Shown: positions 17,688-24,565 of the stretch, piece by piece | Layout: every line of letters starts with the position of its first letter | Numbering within the stretch: position 1 is the stretch's first letter | NCBI GenBank assembly: GCA_025340205.1 | Contig: CP006868.1 | Span: forward strand, 1,590,001 to 1,622,000 | DNA: 32,000 nt | From: Ignicoccus pacificus DSM 13166 | GTDB lineage: Archaea; Thermoproteota; Thermoprotei_A; Sulfolobales; Ignicoccaceae | Direction of reading: 5' to 3' | Position numbers and translations under genes: made by a program | The notes under the pieces: generated by a model | What the model was told of the DNA's origin: nothing | Database searches by the model: none | Seen by the model: the letters and a program-made list of their open reading frames with translations, nothing else

Positions 17688-18934
17688 AGCCCATGATGAG
17701 CGAACCCGTATGCGACCGCGCATCCAGGTTCCAAGCGTTTGCACAAGAACCTTCTCATTTTCTCTATGGTACCCCTATAGGGACCCTCCAAATGGAGCTT
17801 TCTTCCCTCTACAGGGAATAATTCCACTTCACTCATGTCCACAATTTCTAGTTTTCGGAGCGCCATCGCTCTATAGCCGCATCTCTTACACCTCCTCGTT
17901 AACGTTCTCCTTCCCATGCTAACCATCGGAGCGCCGCATCTAGGACATCGAGGCGCTCTTTCGTTTACTAAAATTCCTCTCGTTATCTTCATCTTTGAAA
18001 TCGATTTGACATTAGGCTTATTTATTACATTTATTTCCATATCGAGCAATATTCTATTATACCTCATAAATCTTCTTAATAGCTTCGTTAAGCCTGTTTC
18101 TTTAAATAACATGTAGTCATTGAGTTTCACATCTTCACCGATCTCAACGATCTCTTCTTCAGTTATCTTGACTCTCTTTTTACCGAAGTCATAAGTGTAC
18201 ATCTCTTCGAGCTCTCGAGGATCATAGCTGTGTTGATTTGTACGAAAAATTACCGCCATCGAAGGTCTTTCGCCCACTATCAGCTTAGCTAGAGATACTA
18301 TAGCGGCCGTATTCCTTCCCCTAATTCCATAGAGAACGGGATCGTCGCCTCTAGGACAGATTATTGGACCGGAGCTTTCGTGAACCAACGGATATAGATG
18401 ATCATGTAACATCTCGAAAAGAGGATGGAAATAACACTTTCTTCTACCGCTAGCATCCGGATCTCGATAAGCTAACATCTCGAAGTTGGGAACGTCGCTT
18501 AAAGTAGTGGACATAGAGGCTAACGCACCCACCAATGCCCTCTCACTACCTTCCCATAGTACTCCCTTCTCTTGAACGATGAGCTTGACGTCTCGAGGGT
18601 CTACTACCCTCTCAACGGCTTTCAAGTAGAAGTCCCTGCTAAGCCACCCTTCGGATACAGCTATCGCTCCTCTTCTGACGCGCTGCATGAAATCCCTCAA
18701 GAAGTGCTTCGACTCCTCGAACACCTCTTGGGGCTCTCCGTTCACTTCAAAAGCTATGGAAGCGTTACCTCTGGTCTTCCATGGAACGCTCGGGTTTAGC
18801 CTGACTAGGCGAGGGAAGTCTTGAACCTCGAACCCTTTCTTATGTAGGTGTATCATAAGGAGGGATGCGACGTGAGTGGTGCATCCGGCTCTGGGTAAAT
18901 CGAAACTGTCGAGAGAAACGACGGTCATCTTCAC
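17684..18934 (-). CDS. tiaS: tRNA(Ile2) 2-agmatinylcytidine synthetase TiaS
   Basis: PRAGCTTHVASLL near the N-terminus, YRDPDASGRRKCY, NTAAIVSLAKLI-type region, C-terminal zinc ribbon APRCPRCGAPMVSMGRRTLTRRCKRCG, overall length 416 aa. Confidence 0.82.
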   Translation of the reverse strand: MKMTVVSLDSFDLPRAGCTTHVASLLMIHLHKKGFEVQDFPRLVRLNPSVPWKTRGNASIAFEVNGEPQEVFEESKHFLRDFMQRVRRGAIAVSEGWLSRDFYLKAVERVVDPRDVKLIVQEKGVLWEGSERALVGALASMSTTLSDVPNFEMLAYRDPDASGRRKCYFHPLFEMLHDHLYPLVHESSGPIICPRGDDPVLYGIRGRNTAAIVSLAKLIVGERPSMAVIFRTNQHSYDPRELEEMYTYDFGKKRVKITEEEIVEIGEDVKLNDYMLFKETGLTKLLRRFMRYNRILLDMEINVINKPNVKSISKMKITRGILVNERAPRCPRCGAPMVSMGRRTLTRRCKRCGYRAMALRKLEIVDMSEVELFPVEGRKLHLEGPYRGTIEKMRRFLCKRLEPGCAVAYGFAHHGL

Positions 18935-19191
18935 TTCTGGAAGTGTTTACCTTCGATAGCTATCAAGGTAAGGGTTGATCTTACTCCATTCATATTTCTT
19001 ATCTCCTTGGTAATTACGTCGTTTAACTGATGGAGGCTAGGGGCTTCAAGCTTGGCGACTATGTCGAAAGTTCCATAAGTGATGTAGGCCTCTCTAACTT
19101 CCTTTATCTTCTTCAGCTTCTCGAAAACCTCTACCTCCTTTCCAATATCCGTGTTTATAAGTATTATAGCTACTGCCATCCCGCACCCCAC
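18931..19191 (-). CDS. Stand-alone Lrp/AsnC ligand-binding (RAM/ACT-like) domain protein
   Basis: MAVAIILINTDIGKEVEVFEKLKKIKEVREAYITYGTFDIVAKLEAPSLHQLNDVITKEIRNMNGVRSTLTLIAIE; no HTH. The start is probably the second Met. Its stop overlaps the tiaS start by 4 nt. Confidence 0.85.
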   Translation of the reverse strand: MGCGMAVAIILINTDIGKEVEVFEKLKKIKEVREAYITYGTFDIVAKLEAPSLHQLNDVITKEIRNMNGVRSTLTLIAIEGKHFQK

Positions 19192-19205
19192 AGAACATGC
19201 CTAGT

Positions 19206-19218
19206 TTTATTTATAAAA
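19206..19218 (+). promoter_or_regulatory. TATA-box region for pheA
   Basis: tttatttataaaa, about 30-40 nt upstream of the likely ATG at 19246; consistent with leaderless or short-leader transcription. Confidence 0.5.
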
Positions 19219-19245
19219 TTCGGGGGCGAGGAGTGGGGCACGTCT

Positions 19246-20190
19246 ATGGATGAGCGCGTTGAGAGACTACTAAAGTTAGCTATAGAGATTTCGAGAAATC
19301 CGCCCGAGGAAGGGATAACCGGAAGCGTTCCGCGCGAGCTCGAGCCTCTGGTAAAGTGGCTGAACTCCTTGGCTCATAGAAAGAGAAAAGTTGCCTACCT
19401 CGGTCCACCCGGTAGCTATACCCACGAGGCTTCTACATACCTCTTCCCAGAAGAGCGTAACACCTTAGTACCTAAAAGAACAATAAGTGAGGTATTTGAC
19501 AGCGTAGCGAAAGGAGAGTCTGATTTTGGCGTGGTCCCGATAGCCAATAAGCTAGAAGGACCGGTAAACGAGACCATAGATAACTTACTCTTTCATGAGG
19601 TACATGTGGTTAAGAGCATCGAAATACCTATAAGGATAGTCTTAGGTAGTGGCACAGTCAATAGGATAGAGGAAATAAAGAAGGTTTATGGTCATCCCAT
19701 GATCTTCGGTCAAGCGACGAAACTTCTATCCAGACTCAGGGTTCCAACCATAGCAACGACCAGCACCTCGGAAGCCGCCAAAATAGCTAGCGAGGAAGAT
19801 GGAGCAGCGGCTCTATGTAGCCCTATGGCAGCCCGATTGTATAACTTGAAGGTGCTGCTGGATTCCGTAGAGGACTACCCTAGCAATAGCACGAGGTTCT
19901 TCGTGATTGGCAAAGAGTTGCTAAAAGATGGATCATATACTGCCCTTCTCACTTCAGTACCCCATAAACCGGGTGGACTCTATCACTTCTTAGAACCATT
20001 CGCTTCAAAAAACGTGAACTTAACGATGATATATTCGAGGCCTATGAAGGGTTATCCATGGAACTTCGTGTTCTATATAGAAATGGAGGGATCTATCGAG
20101 GAACTGAGAGAAGTGCTCGAAGAGGCAAAGAGGAGGTCCATGTTCTTGAAGGTGCTCGGAAGTTACAACATGCTTGAGGTCAGGAGATGA
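19246..20190 (+). CDS. pheA: Prephenate dehydratase with C-terminal ACT domain
   Basis: KVAYLGPPGSYTHEASTYLF, DFGVVPIANKLEGPVNETID, NSTRFFVIGKE, then the ACT region HKPGGLYHFLEPFASKNVNLTMIYSRP. The track start 19030 overlaps the Lrp-like gene; ATG 19246 is more likely. Confidence 0.92.
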   Translation: MDERVERLLKLAIEISRNPPEEGITGSVPRELEPLVKWLNSLAHRKRKVAYLGPPGSYTHEASTYLFPEERNTLVPKRTISEVFDSVAKGESDFGVVPIANKLEGPVNETIDNLLFHEVHVVKSIEIPIRIVLGSGTVNRIEEIKKVYGHPMIFGQATKLLSRLRVPTIATTSTSEAAKIASEEDGAAALCSPMAARLYNLKVLLDSVEDYPSNSTRFFVIGKELLKDGSYTALLTSVPHKPGGLYHFLEPFASKNVNLTMIYSRPMKGYPWNFVFYIEMEGSIEELREVLEEAKRRSMFLKVLGSYNMLEVRR

Positions 20191-20249
20191 GGTCCGTGAC
20201 CGCAGGGAACTCCTCATCGTTGCGGCTAGGTGCTGGCTCTTCATCCCTC

Positions 20250-20810
20250 GTGGCTGGCATAGACATGGCCGTTAGAAAGAAGCCTGCTTTATGCGTACTT
20301 AGAGGAAGAATCATAGAGTACCTAGGATTCATTGACACCAACCTCATCCCTTCCTTCCTCTCTGGACTAGGCGTTCGGATAGCGGCCATCGATTCCCCTT
20401 TCTCACTCCCTTCAGAAGGCGTTTGGAGGGAGGTGGACCTAATAGGAAAGAGAATTGGATTAAAACTACTTCCTCCCGGATGGAAGGGAATGAGAAGGTT
20501 AGTCGTCGAGACCTTAAAGCTTCTCGAGGAACTTCGAAGAAGGGGAATAGTTACTATAGAAACCTTTCCAAGTGGTATAGAATCTGACTGCACATTCTAC
20601 TACATAGATCATAAGCAATACCCAAACAAGGACCTCTTAGATTCGTGTCTGGCGGCGACTGCTGCCCTAGGTTATGTCTTAGGGGAGGCTCTCTCGCTGT
20701 GGGCGGAAGACGGGGAAATAATTCTACCATCGAGATGCGTCAAGCTTCCTAGGGCTCCTCGCTTTGGCCCCTCCTCATCCCTCAGAGTCAGGAGGCGGCT
20801 TGTGAGGTAA
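20250..20810 (+). CDS. DUF429-like predicted RNase H-fold protein
   Basis: VAGIDMAVRKKPALCVL..., IAAIDSPFSLPSEG, ETFPSGIESDCTFYYIDHKQYPNKDLLDSCLAATAA. The track start is 20187; GTG 20250 gives a canonical N-terminus. Confidence 0.6.
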   Translation: MAGIDMAVRKKPALCVLRGRIIEYLGFIDTNLIPSFLSGLGVRIAAIDSPFSLPSEGVWREVDLIGKRIGLKLLPPGWKGMRRLVVETLKLLEELRRRGIVTIETFPSGIESDCTFYYIDHKQYPNKDLLDSCLAATAALGYVLGEALSLWAEDGEIILPSRCVKLPRAPRFGPSSSLRVRRRLVR

Positions 20811-20829
20811 AAGCTCACAAGCCGCTCCT
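20790..20829 (+). terminator. Strong imperfect inverted repeat overlapping the stop codon of the DUF429-like gene
   Basis: AGGAG-g-CGGCTTGTGAG / gtaaaag / CTCACAAGCCG-CTCCT: 11 + 5 bp stem, one bulged G, 7-nt loop. Confidence 0.6.
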
Positions 20830-20852
20830 CAAGTCATTGCCAACCGGGGAAG

Positions 20853-21437
20853 TTGGAAGGAAGAAATAAGTTCTTAGGAAGGCATATAATGATTAAGGGT
20901 AAGTACGTAGACATGATTTTAGAGGGACGAAAGACAACTACCATAAGGTTAGGAAAGTGGATACCTAAGTTCGATGAAGTAACATTTCATGGGGGAGGAA
21001 GGCCGTTTGCTATAGCAAGGATCGTTAACGTAAGGTATAAGAGGGTTAGCGAGTTGACCGACGAGGACGCTAGGAAAGACGGTCTCAAGAACAAGGAGGA
21101 TTTAATAAAGGAACTTAAGAGAGTCTATGAAAACCTACGACCCGATGACTATGTCACTATAATAGAATTCGATGTAATTAAAAAATTGACAGAATTGGAT
21201 GTGAAGGATCCGTACATGGGTCTAAAGCCTGTAGAAATTGCGCGCTTAGCATTGCGTTACCTAGACTTAAACCCCAATGAGAGAAAGATATTGAGAACTT
21301 TGACTCAAACGGGAAGCTTGAGAGAAGCCGCGATAAGGCTTTACGGTTCCGTAGAAGCACGTTGGAGGGTACGTAAAGTCCTCAAACGCGCGCTCCATGA
21401 GCTAGTTAGGAAAGGGATAATAGGCCCAAGAAGCTGA
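20853..21437 (+). CDS. ASCH-domain protein with C-terminal helix-turn-helix-like region
   Basis: N-terminus HIMIKGKYVDMILEGRKTTTIRLGKWIPKFDEVTFHGGGRPFAIARIVNVRYKRVSELTDEDAR is ASCH-like. C-terminus NPNERKILRTLTQTGSLREAAIRLYGSVEARWRVRKVLKRALHELVRKGIIG is HTH-like. Confidence 0.75.
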   Translation: MEGRNKFLGRHIMIKGKYVDMILEGRKTTTIRLGKWIPKFDEVTFHGGGRPFAIARIVNVRYKRVSELTDEDARKDGLKNKEDLIKELKRVYENLRPDDYVTIIEFDVIKKLTELDVKDPYMGLKPVEIARLALRYLDLNPNERKILRTLTQTGSLREAAIRLYGSVEARWRVRKVLKRALHELVRKGIIGPRS

Positions 21438-21460
21438 CCAGGCGATTCGGGATGGTTAAG

Positions 21461-21470
21461 GTTATTTTAT
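21461..21470 (+). promoter_or_regulatory. TATA-like element upstream of the pyruvoyl decarboxylase gene
   Basis: gttattttat, about 32 nt upstream of ATG 21502. Confidence 0.45.
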
Positions 21471-21501
21471 CTACAGTGACACCGCGAGGCGGTAGGCGAT
21501 A

Positions 21502-21948
21502 ATGAGCGCACTGAAGGAGAGTAACATAGTGGAGGAACTGACGAAGAGAAAGGGGGACAGGATCGTCGGACGCCATGTCTACGGTAACTTGCATGGTATA
21601 GACCCAGCGAAGCTATGGGACGAGAAGGCGTTGAGAGAGATGATAATCAAGGCAGCAGAAGAAGCCAACATGAAGCTGGTGGAAGTGAAGTCGTGGAAAT
21701 TCGAAGGCTATCACGGAGGAGTATCCGTAATAGCCCTCGTAATCGAAAGTCATATAACGATACATACTTGGCCTGACTACGAGTACGCTACCGTGGACGT
21801 CTACACATGTGGCGACGAAGGCGATCCTTGGAAGGCGTTCTATTACATAGTAAAGACACTACAACCAGAAGACTACGTGGTCCATTACGCTGATCGCAGC
21901 AGCATGCCCAAGAGACCTCGAGGAGGTCTAAACGCCCTAACCCAATAA
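21502..21948 (+). CDS. Pyruvoyl-dependent AdoMet decarboxylase-family proenzyme, probably the crenarchaeal arginine decarboxylase type
   Basis: RIVGRHVYGNLHGIDPAKLWDEKALREMIIKAAEEANMKLVEVKSWKFEG...GGVSVIALVIESHITIHTWPDYEYATVDVYTCG; ES|H self-cleavage site. The N-terminal 'GRHVYGNLHG' resembles crenarchaeal ArgDC rather than the AdoMetDC paralogue. Confidence 0.88.
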   Translation: MSALKESNIVEELTKRKGDRIVGRHVYGNLHGIDPAKLWDEKALREMIIKAAEEANMKLVEVKSWKFEGYHGGVSVIALVIESHITIHTWPDYEYATVDVYTCGDEGDPWKAFYYIVKTLQPEDYVVHYADRSSMPKRPRGGLNALTQ

Positions 21949-22559
21949 TCCTTCAAGACTTTGTTTTGGAGGAGTAGTACTTCAATTACCTCGTCCTCAA
22001 AAGGCGTTACCTTAATGTGTCTCCAAGTGTACGTGGGCGAACTCAGCGGCTCCTCACTATGACTAACGGTCACCGCGTAGATCATCGGCATTCCATACTC
22101 CCTATACCACTCCTCACCCAAATCTACAACCTCATAGCCGCTTTTGCTCGATATTCTCCTAGCCTCATCACCTATGTATAGTAGTGCATCTGCTTTGCTA
22201 GGATCAGCTACCAACTTTATTCTTTTTCCCTTTTTATTTAAGTACCAGAGTGCTAACGTAAAACCAGTATGGGACTGAGGCACCCTCCAGAGTTTCATAA
22301 TCTCCTTCCACTTTCTTATAATTAGTATCACGTTCTCCACTTTCCCATTAGACATTACCACGGGAGAACCGAGCTTAGGGAAGAACCCGAGGGTTCTAGC
22401 AGCTACGCTTGAAATGAGGGAGACGTGAACTTCATTTAAGAGATAGAGCCAGAGAGTTATGAGTGGATCTCCCTTTACTACGTCGAATCCTCTTTCCCTG
22501 AAGTATTTAATCAGCTTCTTTGTATATTCGTAACCGATTATTGCTATTCGCTCGCTCAT
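21885..22559 (-). CDS. MqnA-like (chorismate dehydratase / periplasmic-binding fold) protein
   Basis: PLITLWLYLLN, VVMSNGKVENVILIIRKWKEI, ADALLYIGDEARRISSKSGYEVVDLGEEWYREYGMPMIYAVTV resembles the MqnA/MqnD family. Confidence 0.6.
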   Translation of the reverse strand: MSERIAIIGYEYTKKLIKYFRERGFDVVKGDPLITLWLYLLNEVHVSLISSVAARTLGFFPKLGSPVVMSNGKVENVILIIRKWKEIMKLWRVPQSHTGFTLALWYLNKKGKRIKLVADPSKADALLYIGDEARRISSKSGYEVVDLGEEWYREYGMPMIYAVTVSHSEEPLSSPTYTWRHIKVTPFEDEVIEVLLLQNKVLKDYWVRAFRPPRGLLGMLLRSA

Positions 22560-22588
22560 GCTAGGTCGCTAATAGGGTAGTAACCTCA

Positions 22589-22598
22589 GTTTATTTTT
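22589..22598 (+). promoter_or_regulatory. TATA-like element for the secreted hypothetical gene
   Basis: gtttattttt upstream of a ggaggg SD-like sequence (22622-22627) and ATG 22634. Confidence 0.4.
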
Positions 22599-22633
22599 GG
22601 GGTATCTATCCAAAGTGATCTGGAGGGTAGTCT

Positions 22634-23749
22634 ATGAACAAGAGGGTACTGGTAGGTCTACTACTAATTTCCATGACCATATTCGCCGCTAACGCAACCG
22701 TATACCTCAAGGTAGTTAACAATAAAGTAGAGCTTTGCAAAATGGAGGTAAAGGGAACGTATTCTGGAACCACCATAAATAAGAACGTACTAAAGTCCAG
22801 TTTGAAGCTTAATTCAATAATTACTGAGGGTAACGGTGTCGTAAAGGAGAAAATCTCCACTAGTGGATCAAGCGAACTGAAAGCTTCATTGTTAAAGAGA
22901 GGTTCCTTAAAGCTTAACTTCTCTCTACGCTCCAATGCAACCGCTGCTGACTTGGGCATAAGGATCAGAGGCAGCGTATTAGTAAGCCTCATCTACGTCA
23001 GAAACAGCGATTTGAAGATAAATATAATACTTAACAAGAATTCCGAAAAAGGTTTAGTCAAGATAACAGGCTTCGTCGGTCTAACGACTCCAGTAACCGT
23101 AGTAAAGAACCTACTTAAGGTTCAAGTACCGAAGATAAAGAAGCAGATGGAGGAACATGGAGTTAAGATAATAAAATTTGATTACAAGGTGACCGGGAAG
23201 AAGGTACCACCGATGACCAGAGTTGATGTGGACATAGAGGTAGAGGTTAGCAAGGATAGCCTAAAGAGCGCTCTCGATAACTTCGGACTCGGATATCTAA
23301 CCGGCTATCTAGAGGTGAAGGACAACATCACCAGGATCATAACAGGCAATGCAACCGCCCTCGCTAGAGTTAAGAGTATAACCGTCAACGACATCCCCGA
23401 GTTCTTCACCACCGTAACCTTCAAGGCTGAGGCCTTAGGTAAGTACTATAACACTACAGTGGTTCATGAGCTTCGTAACAGACTGAAGTTCTTCAATAAG
23501 ATACTCAACATAACTTCCATATCGGACTACCTTCTAAGCACCACTAAGGCATCCTCCAGCGTTACCGCTAATTATGAAAAGGGTAAGGCTTCTGCCATAG
23601 CTCAGTTCCAAGGAGTATACTTCAAGGATTCGCCAGCATTCTGGAAGTCTGTGTTTGATATAGCCAAGAAGGAGAATGTCAAAGTACTGGTAACTTGTCC
23701 TTCCGGAAGCACTAAGACTCTGACAGCGCCAACCAATCCGTGTAAGTGA
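22634..23749 (+). CDS. Hypothetical exported protein, 371 aa, beta-strand-rich
   Basis: Signal peptide MNKRVLVGLLLISMTIFAANA; the mature part is Lys/Ser/Thr/Asn/Val-rich with alternating beta-type segments. Confidence 0.65.
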   Translation: MNKRVLVGLLLISMTIFAANATVYLKVVNNKVELCKMEVKGTYSGTTINKNVLKSSLKLNSIITEGNGVVKEKISTSGSSELKASLLKRGSLKLNFSLRSNATAADLGIRIRGSVLVSLIYVRNSDLKINIILNKNSEKGLVKITGFVGLTTPVTVVKNLLKVQVPKIKKQMEEHGVKIIKFDYKVTGKKVPPMTRVDVDIEVEVSKDSLKSALDNFGLGYLTGYLEVKDNITRIITGNATALARVKSITVNDIPEFFTTVTFKAEALGKYYNTTVVHELRNRLKFFNKILNITSISDYLLSTTKASSSVTANYEKGKASAIAQFQGVYFKDSPAFWKSVFDIAKKENVKVLVTCPSGSTKTLTAPTNPCK

Positions 23750-23799
23750 GGCATTTGTTTTTTGAAACCGCTCGTAACATTCAACATCGGCGACATTCC

Positions 23800-24558
23800 T
23801 TGAAGGGTGAACTAATCGACCTCTCACGCGCTCCTGGAAGAAAACTAGGTAGCTTCGATCTGGTACTACTACCAGTAGGGTCTCTAGAGTACCATGGTCC
23901 TCACCTACCCCTAACTACCGACACCATGATAGCTGAGGGCTTCGCTAGAAGGGTTGGAGAGATCCTTGCCGAAAAGGGATTTAGAATAGCCCTACTACCC
24001 TCAATAAATTACGGTTATACGTGGAGTCTTCGCCACCATGACGGTACCGCGTCCGTAGATCCTCACGTACTATCTACCATGGTTCAAGAAATACTCGTAA
24101 GCTTAGCGAACGCTAGATTTTCCAAGTTCTTGATAATCAACGGACATGGAGGTAACAAGGAACCATTGGAGGTGGCCGTGAAAGAGGCTCTCCTTAGGTT
24201 AGGAGCTGGTATCTCAATAGGATTCCTCTCATGGTGGGAATACTTAGAGAAGGAGGATCTCGATGAGCTCCTTCCAGGAGCCATTCCGTCTCATGCATGT
24301 GAAGTGGAGACTAGCTTAATGTTCTACCTTTGTGAAGATTGTGTGGACTTAAACGAAGTAGAGCCTGTACCTCTAGGTAAAAGAACGATGCTAAGGTCTA
24401 TTGAAGATGCAAGGAGAACCTTCAGCAAAGGCTACTTAGGTAACCCCTCCAGAGCCTCGAAAGAGATAGGCGAGAGACTGTTCGAGAGGGTGGCGAACAG
24501 GATATCCTCAAGGCTTGTGGAGGAACTAAAGGAGAAGGAAATGCATGGAATAGAGTAA
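23800..24558 (+). CDS. Creatininase-family amidohydrolase
   Basis: LVLLPVGSLEYHGPHLPLTTDTMIAEGFARR, YGYTWSLRHHDGTASVDPH, LIINGHGGN, ATIPSHACEVETSLMF-like block. The track start is 23746; TTG 23800 (MKGELIDLSRAPG) is favoured. Confidence 0.88.
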   Translation: MKGELIDLSRAPGRKLGSFDLVLLPVGSLEYHGPHLPLTTDTMIAEGFARRVGEILAEKGFRIALLPSINYGYTWSLRHHDGTASVDPHVLSTMVQEILVSLANARFSKFLIINGHGGNKEPLEVAVKEALLRLGAGISIGFLSWWEYLEKEDLDELLPGAIPSHACEVETSLMFYLCEDCVDLNEVEPVPLGKRTMLRSIEDARRTFSKGYLGNPSRASKEIGERLFERVANRISSRLVEELKEKEMHGIE

Positions 24559-24565
24559 GGTTTTC

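Noticed and set aside
19030-19245. N-terminal extension of pheA in the ORF track
   Set aside because: It overlaps the Lrp-like gene antisense, and a clear TATA box lies inside it. The ATG at 19246 gives the normal protein start.
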